Part shown: one piece after another, positions 27,698-36,865 of the stretch
Position numbering within the stretch: the first letter of the stretch is position 1
Layout of the letters: each line of letters opens with the position of its first letter
Origin: Candidatus Krumholzibacteriia bacterium
GTDB taxonomy: Bacteria > Krumholzibacteriota > Krumholzibacteriia > LZORAL124-64-63
NCBI GenBank assembly: GCA_016744705.1
Contig: JADGDU010000005.1
Location: 3,762-67,761, forward strand
Reading direction: 5' to 3'
DNA length: 64,000 nucleotides
The notes under the pieces: generated by a model
Told to the model about the DNA's origin: nothing
Databases searched by the model: none
What the model saw: only the letters and a program-made list of their open reading frames with translations
Position numbers and translations under genes: made by a program

Positions 27698-29980
27698 TTG
27701 AATCTGGCCCAACTTCTACAACAGTTAAAAACTGAAGAGAAATTCACAAGGCATGTGACCCGTTGGCAAACGCTTCCTCCCGAGCCGGCCATCTCTGCTG
27801 CGTACCCCGAAAGCCTGGACCAGAGGCTGGTGGATGTGATGCGCGGCCGGGGTATCGAAGAACTTTACAGCCATCAGGCTGAAGCGGTTCAGTTGGCTGC
27901 AGGCGGACACTCTTTTGTGGTTCCTACACCCACCGCCAGTGGTAAAACCCTCTGCTATAATCTCCCGGTTCTGAACACCATCCTGAACGATCCCCAGGCT
28001 CGGGCCTTATACCTTTTCCCCACCAAAGCCCTGAGCCAGGATCAGATGCATGAAGTGCACGGCATCGTCGGCGATCTGGGTGTGGATATCAAAACGTTCA
28101 CCTTCGATGGCGACACTCCCGAAACGGCCCGCCGAGCCATCCGCAGCAGTGGGCATATCGTGGTGACAAATCCAGATATGTTACACCAGGGAATCCTGCC
28201 CCATCATACTTTATGGGTGAAACTTTTTGAGAACCTCAAGTACGTGGTGGTGGATGAGGTGCATCAGTACCGGGGTGTTTTTGGTAGCCACGTGTCTAAT
28301 GTGCTGCGGCGTTTGCGCCGGGTGGCTCAATTCTATGGTGCGGACCCCCAATTTATCTGCTGCTCCGCCACCATTGCCAACCCCAAGGAATTGGCCGGCC
28401 GCCTGACGGGCTTACCCATGGAGGAAATTTCCCGCAATGGTGCGCCCAGAGGTGAAAAACACTTCATCTTTTACAACCCGCCTGTGGTCAATCAGGAATT
28501 GGGAATTCGGCAATCGGTGATCAAAACCACACGCCGTATTTCTGAGCGTTTCATGTCCAGCGGCACCCAATTGATTGTTTTTGCCCGCAGCCGCATGCGA
28601 GTGGAGCTGTTGCTCACCTACCTGGAAAAAGCCGGCCGTCGTGTGGGCATTAAAAGCGGCGAAGTTCGAGGTTACCGTGGAGGGTATTTGCCGGGTGAGC
28701 GCAGGGCCATTGAACAGGGTTTGCGGGACGGTACTGTTTCCACCGTGGTCTCTACCAACGCCCTGGAGTTGGGTATTGATATCGGGCGGCTGGATGTGTG
28801 CGTCATGGCCGGTTACGCCGGCACCGTGGCCAGCACCTGGAAGCAGGCCGGTCGGGCCGGTCGGCGGCAAAATCTCAGTGCCGTGGTTCTGGTGGCATCC
28901 AGTAGTCCTGCCGATCAATATATCATCAACAACCCAGACTATTTTTTCGGCCGCTCCCCAGAACACGCCACCCTTGATCCGGACAACCTTATCATTCTCA
29001 TCAGCCATCTCAAATGTGCTGCTTTTGAATTGCCTTTCACCACGGATGAAAGGTATGGCGATCAAAAAATTGAGGAGATCCTCGATTACCTGACAGAACA
29101 GGGTGTGCTGCACCGTAGTGGGGGGCGGTACCACTGGATGGCCGACACTTACCCCGCCGAGGAAGTTAGCTTGCGTAGCGCCGCTCCTGATAATGTGGTG
29201 ATCATCGATCAAAGCGTTCCCGGTGGCCGAATCATTGGTGAGATGGATCTTTTCAGCGCCCAGGAAATGCTCCATGACGATGCCGTCTACATGCACGGGG
29301 CCCAGCAATACCATGTCGATCGTTTGGACTGGGACCGGCGGGAAGCCCATGTGCAGCCGGTGCAGGTTGACTACTACACCGACGCCCAGCGCAAATCTGA
29401 ACTCAAAACTCTGACGGCTGAAGAAACTTTACCCTTCACCATGGGCCAATTATTGGTGGGCGAAGTGGGGTTGGTGGCCAAGGTCACTGTTTATAAGAAA
29501 ATCAAACTGGGGACCCACGAAAATGTGGGAGCAGGGCGGGTGCATTTGCCGGAAATGGAAATGCACACCGTTAGTTTCTGGTGGGAATTGCCCGAGAATG
29601 TGGCCGAAGATCTCACCGCTGAAGGGTTTGATCTGGGTGACGGGTTGAAAGGTTTGTCCCACTTGCTGGGCAGAGTGGCTCCGGTTTTCATCATGGCCGA
29701 TCCTTCAGACTTGCATGCCCTGGCCATGGTGCGCTCGCCTTTCACCGGGAGTCCTACCCTGTATATCTACGATGCTTTCCCCGGTGGGGTTGGGTATGCC
29801 CGGCGCATCCATCAGCAGTTTGCAGAAATCTGCCAATCGGCTCAGGACCATTTGCATGCCTGCCCCTGTGAAAGGGGTTGTCCTTCCTGTGTTGGCCCCG
29901 CCACCGAAAGCGGAGATACGGCCCGCCAGGCCGCTGCCTGGATATTAGCCAGAGCGTGTAGCCCATCTGCCGAGGGTTGA
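27698..29980 (+). CDS. DEAH-box helicase with C-terminal DUF1998/Zn domain (MrfA/YprA/Hrq1-like)
   Basis: TPTASGKT, TNPDMLH, DEVH, CCSATIANP, ALELGIDIG, QAGRAGR, CPCERGCPSC. Confidence 0.93.
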   Translation: MNLAQLLQQLKTEEKFTRHVTRWQTLPPEPAISAAYPESLDQRLVDVMRGRGIEELYSHQAEAVQLAAGGHSFVVPTPTASGKTLCYNLPVLNTILNDPQARALYLFPTKALSQDQMHEVHGIVGDLGVDIKTFTFDGDTPETARRAIRSSGHIVVTNPDMLHQGILPHHTLWVKLFENLKYVVVDEVHQYRGVFGSHVSNVLRRLRRVAQFYGADPQFICCSATIANPKELAGRLTGLPMEEISRNGAPRGEKHFIFYNPPVVNQELGIRQSVIKTTRRISERFMSSGTQLIVFARSRMRVELLLTYLEKAGRRVGIKSGEVRGYRGGYLPGERRAIEQGLRDGTVSTVVSTNALELGIDIGRLDVCVMAGYAGTVASTWKQAGRAGRRQNLSAVVLVASSSPADQYIINNPDYFFGRSPEHATLDPDNLIILISHLKCAAFELPFTTDERYGDQKIEEILDYLTEQGVLHRSGGRYHWMADTYPAEEVSLRSAAPDNVVIIDQSVPGGRIIGEMDLFSAQEMLHDDAVYMHGAQQYHVDRLDWDRREAHVQPVQVDYYTDAQRKSELKTLTAEETLPFTMGQLLVGEVGLVAKVTVYKKIKLGTHENVGAGRVHLPEMEMHTVSFWWELPENVAEDLTAEGFDLGDGLKGLSHLLGRVAPVFIMADPSDLHALAMVRSPFTGSPTLYIYDAFPGGVGYARRIHQQFAEICQSAQDHLHACPCERGCPSCVGPATESGDTARQAAAWILARACSPSAEG

Positions 29981-29981
29981 G

Positions 29982-31205
29982 ATGGATTTAAAAAAAAGAC
30001 TGGCCAACATGGACCGTCTCTCCCGCCAGAATGTTGCGCCATCTGCAGGGTCTCGACCTCAGCAGAAAGCCAATGCAACCACCTTAAAAAAATCTTTAAA
30101 TTGCTTGCAGCTTATAAGCTCACAGGGTCAAGAGGAAGAAATTTGGACCAGAGATTATACTGATGATTTTTCTTTGAGTATCACAGAATTACCCTCTTTG
30201 GTTGGCTTTTTCACACGGGCGCATGAAGCTTCACCCGGTTTGGAAGATATTCTTTTCCTGGACACGGAAACCACGGGACTGTCCGGGGGAACCGGTACCA
30301 TTGCTTTTCTGGTGGGGGTGGGCTGGGTCCGGAATAATATATTCCACAGTCGGCAATACTTTCTGCCTGATTTTCATCATGAACACGCCATGTTGAATGA
30401 ACTGGCCTCTCTGGCTCAGAAATTTGAAGTGGTGATGACCTTCAATGGCGCCTCTTTTGATTTGCCTCTTTTGCGCACGCGGGCTTTGATGAACAGGCTG
30501 AAAGATCCCTGCGCGGACTTGGTCAGTTGGGATTTGCTTGTGCCGGGACGCCGCTTGTGGGGACGCATTTTTCCCAATTGCAAACAGCAAACCCTTGAAA
30601 AAGGACTGCTACAAATGAGCCGCGATTCCCGGGATATTGAGGGTGCCCTGATTCCCCAGACCTGGTTCGACTTCCTGCAAACAGCAGAGCCGGATTTGAT
30701 GGGAAGAGTTTTGCATCATAACCAGCGCGACTTGCTGGGGATGGCGGGGATTTTTGCACAGGTTCTGGACAAGGCCCAGTGTCTGCATGATAATATACCA
30801 CAGGAAACGCCCTGGAAAGAGGCCTGGTCCCTGGGGCGTATTGCCGAAATTGCCCGGATCCAGGAGCAAGCAGCCACCTGGATACAATGTGCGGCTCTGG
30901 CCAACGGAAAAGACTCTGAATGTCGGTTTCTGGAAGCCCGTTTTGTGGCCGATGCAATCCGACTTTTGAAACGACAGGGCCATTGGGATGATGTGGAAAT
31001 GATCATCAAAAAAGCATTGGTGGCGGGTCAGGATGAGCCGTGGTTACACCGGGAAGCGGCGATTCTTTATGAACACAGAAGAGCCCATTTATCTAAAGCC
31101 CTGCTTCATGCCCGTCAGTGCCAGGAGCCTGGGCGTATTTTGCGTCTGGAAAAGAAAATCCTAAAAATTCAAGAGGTTAAAAATGGCCCTACCGACACGC
31201 ACTGA
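29982..31205 (+). CDS. RNase H-like DEDD exonuclease with helical C-terminus (MrfB/YprB-like)
   Basis: FLDTETTGLSGGTGT, TFNGASFDLP, HNQRD; directly follows the helicase. Confidence 0.88.
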   Translation: MDLKKRLANMDRLSRQNVAPSAGSRPQQKANATTLKKSLNCLQLISSQGQEEEIWTRDYTDDFSLSITELPSLVGFFTRAHEASPGLEDILFLDTETTGLSGGTGTIAFLVGVGWVRNNIFHSRQYFLPDFHHEHAMLNELASLAQKFEVVMTFNGASFDLPLLRTRALMNRLKDPCADLVSWDLLVPGRRLWGRIFPNCKQQTLEKGLLQMSRDSRDIEGALIPQTWFDFLQTAEPDLMGRVLHHNQRDLLGMAGIFAQVLDKAQCLHDNIPQETPWKEAWSLGRIAEIARIQEQAATWIQCAALANGKDSECRFLEARFVADAIRLLKRQGHWDDVEMIIKKALVAGQDEPWLHREAAILYEHRRAHLSKALLHARQCQEPGRILRLEKKILKIQEVKNGPTDTH

Positions 31206-31614
31206 AGCCCATTTGATTGTGGCGGCCATCCGCGTGCTTGAGAATCGATTGAAGAAATTGCCTGTACCTGTGGAAATTGCCGACTTGCTGGAGATGAGTG
31301 AAAGCGCTGTACGTCTGCAATTGAACCATTTGTCAGACCTGGGCATTGTGGTTGTGGTGGAAAGTGCTTTTGAAACCCATGTGGAAATCAAACAGTATCT
31401 TTTGATAGAAGAGTTAGCTGCTGAGACGGGGCCGGAAATTGCTGATGATTTGGCTGCCTTCGACTTGAAGCAAGAGGAAGAGGCCCAAAAAATGGCCAAC
31501 CTTTTTGATTCTGGGGAACACGAGCAGAAGCGGCAGGATCGCATGGACAAAATGGATGAGGAACTTCAGAGTTTCAAAGGACGAAAGCCCAGGAATCCCT
31601 TTGGGGATGATTGA
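31183..31614 (+). CDS. Hypothetical winged-HTH protein with acidic coiled tail
   Basis: EIADLLEMSESAVRLQLNHLSDLGIV pattern; GAGG RBS. Confidence 0.7.
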   Translation: MALPTRTEAHLIVAAIRVLENRLKKLPVPVEIADLLEMSESAVRLQLNHLSDLGIVVVVESAFETHVEIKQYLLIEELAAETGPEIADDLAAFDLKQEEEAQKMANLFDSGEHEQKRQDRMDKMDEELQSFKGRKPRNPFGDD

Positions 31615-31629
31615 TCCTGCCCAAAATTT

Positions 31630-31668
31630 AAAAGCCCGGAATCCCATTCAGGATCCCGGGCTTTTTTT
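31630..31668. terminator. Bidirectional intrinsic terminator
   Basis: AAAAGCCCGGAATCC-cattca-GGATCCCGGGCTTTTTTT between convergent genes. Confidence 0.85.
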
Positions 31669-31696
31669 GTGCTTTCTCTAGGCCTCCGCCAAAGGT

Positions 31697-33505
31697 TTAG
31701 CGGTAGTCCTGAATGTCCGCCTCGTCCATGGCGTTCTGGAAGAATTCTTCCACCTTTACATTCTGGGCACGGCTCAGCAGGATACCCTGGATGCCATCCT
31801 TGCGGCCGTCAAAATCAGCCTGATCGAAGGGGGAAATCCAAAGAGGAACCATGGCGAAAAGGCCGCGCAGAGTTTCCACTTCAGAAACCATTTCACCAAC
31901 CTGGCCTTCGATGGCCTGCTTGTTGAAGTCGGTACCAAATCCTACGTCTGCCACATTGCCATTGTAAGTGAAGGTATCAGTGACGGCGTGTTTGAGACCG
32001 GAACCCTCAGCGACTTCCGTCATTGTGCGTCCCATTTGCACTTCACCTACAGCAGGACTGAGTTGGGCACTGGCCAATGTTTTGTTGTTCTCTTTTTTAA
32101 GAGCCAGAATGACCTGGCTTTTGACTTCTTCCAGGTCGGCGGTTCCAGCAGGGCTTTTATGAACCAAATTGACCACGTAGAAATAATCACGATTTTCAAA
32201 AACCGGGCTCACATCATTTTCGTTGGCGCGATGGGCCCAGAGGCTACCGCCCATGGAGATGGGCAGGCCAGGAATGTCGCGGCCTTTGATGAAGCCAACA
32301 GGAGAAAGGAGGTCACGGGCTTCAGCTTCGGCAGTGCTGACGAAATTGCTTCCGTCCACACGACTGGCAAAATCTTTGGCGCCATCGTTGAGTAGGGCCA
32401 AGGTGCTGTTTCCGGCCACTACTTTCAGCAGGATGTGGCGGGCTGTGACCTGGAAAAGTTCCTGGGTTTCATCATCCATGTGTTGTTCGGTCACTTCAAT
32501 GAGGTGATAACCGAATTTGGTTTTGACAGGTTGGCTGAGCTCGCCCACGGGCAGGTTGAAGGATGCTTCGGTAAATTCGGGCACCATGCGAGTGCGATCA
32601 AAAGTACCAAGATCGCCACCATTGGCGGCGCTGCCATCTTCACTGTAGCGGGCGGCGGCATTAACAAATGTGATGCTGCCACTTTCGATTTCAGCTCGGA
32701 TTTCATTGATTTCCTGAAGGGCGGCATTCCAGTCATCTTCACCGGCGTCTTTGGCAAAGCGGACAACCTTGCATTCCACTTTTTCCTGCCGTTGGTAATC
32801 ATCAGAATGGCTTTGGAAATAAGTGTTGATGGCATCGTCGGTGGGTGCGTAATCAGACTCCAGGTCCGCATACAGGACACCGAGGTATTCGGCCACGGCA
32901 CTGCCATTTTGCGTGAGATACTCCTTACGCACTTCTTCATCGCTGACGGCCACGTCACTGGCGAGAATGGCGCGAAGTTTTTCCTCTTGGATCACTTGCC
33001 GCACGTATGCTTCCGGGCCGGCCCAGTCATTGTCAGGATTTTGCAGCTCGGCATAGTACAGTTCCATGTTTACAACGCCGGTATTTGGGTCCCGGAAGTT
33101 GGCCAGCAGTGCTGGGGGAGGGTTCTGCTCAAAGCGAAGCTTGAGTTCGGTATCGGTGACTTCGATATCATGATCTTCGATAGCCTGGGTCAGGAGTGAC
33201 TGGCGGACCAACTGGTTCCAGGCCTGTTCACGGGCGCCGGCGTACTGGTTGGCATTCATTTCCCGGTTCTGGTTCTGACCTTTGGTATAAGAAAGAATTT
33301 GGCTATACATGTTTTCATACTGGGCAGCAGTCACAGCGGTTCCGTTGATTTCTCCCACCAAACCGTACTGGTCATTGGCTCCGGGTCCACTATCGTTGCA
33401 GCCGGTGTAGGAATTCCCGTAGGAGAAAACCACCCCGAAGAGGATGAAACTGGCTGCAATGACCCAGTAAAAGATTTTTGCCTTGGAACGAAGCATATTG
33501 AACAT
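31697..33505 (-). CDS. SurA/PpiD-type parvulin peptidyl-prolyl isomerase
   Basis: N-terminal TM anchor after MFNMLRSK (start 33505, AGGGG RBS); SEDGSAANGGDLG, PVKTKFGYHLI, ARHILLK. Confidence 0.9.
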   Translation of the reverse strand: MFNMLRSKAKIFYWVIAASFILFGVVFSYGNSYTGCNDSGPGANDQYGLVGEINGTAVTAAQYENMYSQILSYTKGQNQNREMNANQYAGAREQAWNQLVRQSLLTQAIEDHDIEVTDTELKLRFEQNPPPALLANFRDPNTGVVNMELYYAELQNPDNDWAGPEAYVRQVIQEEKLRAILASDVAVSDEEVRKEYLTQNGSAVAEYLGVLYADLESDYAPTDDAINTYFQSHSDDYQRQEKVECKVVRFAKDAGEDDWNAALQEINEIRAEIESGSITFVNAAARYSEDGSAANGGDLGTFDRTRMVPEFTEASFNLPVGELSQPVKTKFGYHLIEVTEQHMDDETQELFQVTARHILLKVVAGNSTLALLNDGAKDFASRVDGSNFVSTAEAEARDLLSPVGFIKGRDIPGLPISMGGSLWAHRANENDVSPVFENRDYFYVVNLVHKSPAGTADLEEVKSQVILALKKENNKTLASAQLSPAVGEVQMGRTMTEVAEGSGLKHAVTDTFTYNGNVADVGFGTDFNKQAIEGQVGEMVSEVETLRGLFAMVPLWISPFDQADFDGRKDGIQGILLSRAQNVKVEEFFQNAMDEADIQDYR

Positions 33506-33699
33506 GAGAATCCCCTTGGGTGGGAGGCGAACATAACAAAAGGACACGCCGGCAGTCCGGCGTTTCCCACAAATAGAAAGCACTGCAATAAAATGGTATG
33601 TGAGGGCTCATTTCACAAGTTACAGGTTTGAAGATAGCTGGAAAATTGTTACAGTGGCATTGAGACAATTCACTTAAAAACTGCAAGGAAGTCTTTTTT

Positions 33700-34116
33700 A
33701 TGATCAACCCCGGGGTTTTGGCCCTGCTGAGTGGCCTGTCTGCTCAGGCCTTCAAAGTTGTGTTGGAGCTCATAATCAGAAGGCGGTGGCGGCCTTCTCT
33801 CTTTATTTCCAATGGTGGTATGCCCAGTTCGCATTCTGCTACCGTGACCACTCTGACTTTAAAAATCGGCCAATTGGAAGGTTTCCATTCCTCCCTTTTC
33901 AGCCTGGTTTTGGTATTTGGCTTGTATGTGATCATGGAAGCCACAGGTCTGAGACAGGAAATTGGCCAACAGGCGCAATTGCTAAATGAAATGATGGATA
34001 ATGCACTCCATGGTGAAAAGGTAGATGGGAAGAGATTGCGGGAATTGGTTGGTCATACCTGGGCCGAGGTTTTTGGCGGGATACTTTTTGGAGTCCTTTT
34101 TTTCTGGTTGGTGTGA
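33700..34116 (+). CDS. Divergent PAP2 family (DUF212) membrane protein
   Basis: AQAFK, GGMPSSHSA, GLRQEIGQQA..LN, LRELVGHT..EV. Confidence 0.9.
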   Translation: MINPGVLALLSGLSAQAFKVVLELIIRRRWRPSLFISNGGMPSSHSATVTTLTLKIGQLEGFHSSLFSLVLVFGLYVIMEATGLRQEIGQQAQLLNEMMDNALHGEKVDGKRLRELVGHTWAEVFGGILFGVLFFWLV

Positions 34117-34143
34117 AAGGGTAAAGTAATCCTTAAAAAACTG

Positions 34144-34171
34144 TTGACACATGGTTTCCGGCGGGTATGAT
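34144..34171 (+). promoter_or_regulatory. Near-consensus sigma70 promoter of the parA-CBM operon
   Basis: TTGACA-N16-TATGAT. Confidence 0.7.
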
Positions 34172-34299
34172 TTGCAAAACAGTGAGGATGGCCCGCAGTG
34201 GGAGTACACACTTTCGCCTGAGATTCAGCGACAGTTAGACGGAATAAGGAGTATTCCAGATATAGGCGCCACCGGGACTTTTGGTCGAAAGGAATCGAG

Positions 34300-35373
34300 A
34301 TGAGAGTCATAGCTCTGGCCAATCAAAAAGGCGGCTGTGGGAAAACCACTACAGCGACAAATTTGGCTGCCACCCTCTCCAGCATGGGTAAAAAGGTCCT
34401 ACTCATTGATAATGATCCCCAGGGGCATGCCACTTTGGCTTTTGGTTTTCGGGAAAGAGATTTCACCCTCAGCACTTACGATCTTTATCTCACTTCAGAT
34501 ATTTTGATTGAAGATGCTTTCCTGGACATTAGTTCCAATTTGCACCTGGTACCTGCTGGCATTGAATTGAGCGCCGTGGAGCAAACTCTTGCTCGGGAGT
34601 CAGAAAAAGAGTACCGACTCCGCAATAATTTGCGCCGCTCTGCCATGCCCTATGACTATGTCCTTATCGATTGTCCTCCCAGTGTTAGCATCCTCACTTT
34701 TAACGCTTTGCTGGCTTCCAGTGAAATTCTTATTCCCGTGGACCCCAGTTATTACAGCTTGCAGGCTGTCAAGAAAATGCGCGAAACTCTGTCTGTTCTG
34801 CGGGAGAAAAAGGGCCATGATATTATCCCGCATGTGCTCATGTCGGATTTTGATACGCGGCCCCGTTTTGTGCGGAAACTGATGGCGGAACTGGACGACC
34901 TTTATGAAGGCGAACTCCTCGACACAGTGATCCATCATACGGTGCGCTTTAAGGAAGCCGCTGGCATGGGGGTGCCCATCATCCAGCACGATCCCAATTC
35001 TCGAGGAGCCCACGACTTCAGGGGGCTGGCCAGGGAATTATCGGAGCAGGAAGTGCAAGTCAGTGTGGCCGCTCTGGACCATTGGGTGGCTTTGCTACAC
35101 GGACCACAGGTGAGCCAGGCCGGTGTTGTTTTTGAAGCAGATTTCCCAAGGGCCAAAACCGTTCGCATCACCGGTTCATTCTGTAGTTGGTCTGCCAAAG
35201 GGCTACCTTTGAAATGCCGGGAAGATGGAATATGGGAATGCCATCTGGCTCTGGAAGAAGGGGATCACGAGTACCGCTTCATTGTGGACGGCTCCTGGTT
35301 GCCTGATCCCCACAACACAGAAACTACAGCCAATGAATTTGGGGGAGCCAACTCCCTGGTGGTGGTTCCCTGA
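34300..35373 (+). CDS. ParA/Soj-family ATPase fused to a C-terminal glycogen-binding domain (CBM48/AMPK-beta type)
   Basis: NQKGGCGKTT, IDNDPQG, IDCPP; C-terminal VRITGSFCSW...GIW...EYRFIVDGSWLPDPHN...NEFGGANSLVVV. Confidence 0.9.
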   Translation: MRVIALANQKGGCGKTTTATNLAATLSSMGKKVLLIDNDPQGHATLAFGFRERDFTLSTYDLYLTSDILIEDAFLDISSNLHLVPAGIELSAVEQTLARESEKEYRLRNNLRRSAMPYDYVLIDCPPSVSILTFNALLASSEILIPVDPSYYSLQAVKKMRETLSVLREKKGHDIIPHVLMSDFDTRPRFVRKLMAELDDLYEGELLDTVIHHTVRFKEAAGMGVPIIQHDPNSRGAHDFRGLARELSEQEVQVSVAALDHWVALLHGPQVSQAGVVFEADFPRAKTVRITGSFCSWSAKGLPLKCREDGIWECHLALEEGDHEYRFIVDGSWLPDPHNTETTANEFGGANSLVVVP

Positions 35374-36197
35374 TGGAGGCCCGTCCCAGCCAGCATATTT
35401 CTTCCATTGCTCACTTGTTCTTTGACAACAGCACCGGTAAAGAACACTCCCCAGAAACCGCTTCTTCCAAGCAGGTGTTGGTTGTGGGTACGGGCCGGGA
35501 TACCTGCGCTCCGTACACGGCCGTAGGGTTGGGACAGCATTTCCTTGATCAGTCCATAACCGTGGGCGAAAGAGGGAACACGGAGTCCACCGTTCCCATC
35601 CGGCAGGTCTTTTTTGCGGAACCATCTCCTGTTTGTTTTTCTGGCGTTTCTCATTTGCCAAAGGGTAGTTATCGTTCCCCTGTTTCCGGTGAAACCACTC
35701 CCTGGGCAGTGCGACACGGGTCTTCGGCACCGGTGTTAAGGATTTATCCCGGCCAGGTGCCCAGTGAAGATGTATCTGGTGGAATGGTGGCAGGACGCTT
35801 TTATATCCGGCACCTGGACCTCCCGAGAGAGGCCGAACTGGGAGCCTTGGAAACGGTGGCCTCTTTAGGACAGAGCACTGATCTTGACCTGGGAGAAAAC
35901 GGTTCTCTGCTGTGGTGTGTTTCTATCCGTTCTGCTGTGAGTTTGTCCCTGGTGGGGCGTTTGGGCCGATTGCTGAAGGTTGTAAGCCCCAGTTCCATCC
36001 ATGTGTTGGTTTACTCTGATCGGGGGCGTATTAAGAAAGACAGCTTGCCGGGGGCCAAAGATGATTTGTTGCGACGCTGTGCCCGACTAGTCGAATATGT
36101 CGCCAATGGTACTCCGGTTCATCCTCTCTTGATGGGGGATTCTGCACAACAACAGAACATTCAGCTGGCGTCTTTATCCCGCCAAATATCTCTTTGA
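35373..36197 (+). CDS. Hypothetical protein, possibly a degenerate ParA/MinD-like fold
   Basis: TGATG coupling to the parA fusion; VLVVGTGRDTCAPYTAVGLG...RQVFFAEP loosely parallels the P-loop strand-helix-strand. Confidence 0.6.
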   Translation: MEARPSQHISSIAHLFFDNSTGKEHSPETASSKQVLVVGTGRDTCAPYTAVGLGQHFLDQSITVGERGNTESTVPIRQVFFAEPSPVCFSGVSHLPKGSYRSPVSGETTPWAVRHGSSAPVLRIYPGQVPSEDVSGGMVAGRFYIRHLDLPREAELGALETVASLGQSTDLDLGENGSLLWCVSIRSAVSLSLVGRLGRLLKVVSPSSIHVLVYSDRGRIKKDSLPGAKDDLLRRCARLVEYVANGTPVHPLLMGDSAQQQNIQLASLSRQISL

Positions 36198-36305
36198 TTA
36201 ATTTTCGGTGGACCCACATCCCCTCATGCCTATAGTTTGGGATTCCATTTGGTCTCCGGGAGGAGTCCCGGCTCTATGGACTTGAATCCCAAAAGGCGAG
36301 GCCCC

Positions 36306-36860
36306 ATGCCCTTTAGAATATTGATGTTCTTGATGCTGACCACTTTCTCTGCACTGGTTGCCGCTCCGGCGTGGACCCAGGAGCCACTTCAGGAAGAACG
36401 ATTCAGCTTGAACCAACCAGGTATTTTGATCATCACCGCTGCCAGCGACACCACCGCTGGTTTCCAATGGCGCCCGGGACCTGGTGAAGGCCGAATCTCT
36501 CTGATTTGGGAGGGAGGGGTGCTCAGTATTCCCGATACACTAGCTATGGATGGGTTTCCTAATAATAATCTGGGTGTGCCTTTGCAGCCGGGGTTTTCCG
36601 GTAATGGCAATGAAGGTCCCCTTTTGTTGGATGACGGACTCTACTCCGTCAACGAAAACCTGATGATGGGCGATGGCGTGATCCAACTCATGGTCTCTGA
36701 TGGTGAGTTGGAAATTTTTGGGCCCCGCTTTAAGTACACCCGCCCTCAGATTGCTGAAGTTAACGATTCCACTAAAGCCAACTTTCTCCTCATCTGTGGT
36801 TTACTCATCTTGATAGCCGTGCTTTTGCGCCGGGCCCGTAAAATTTTGCGCAAGGGATAG
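36306..36860 (+). CDS. Hypothetical exported protein with C-terminal membrane anchor
   Basis: Signal peptide from ATG 36306 (GAGG RBS); C-terminal FLLICGLLILIAVLL-RRARKILRKG. Confidence 0.7.
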   Translation: MPFRILMFLMLTTFSALVAAPAWTQEPLQEERFSLNQPGILIITAASDTTAGFQWRPGPGEGRISLIWEGGVLSIPDTLAMDGFPNNNLGVPLQPGFSGNGNEGPLLLDDGLYSVNENLMMGDGVIQLMVSDGELEIFGPRFKYTRPQIAEVNDSTKANFLLICGLLILIAVLLRRARKILRKG

Positions 36861-36865
36861 ACACA

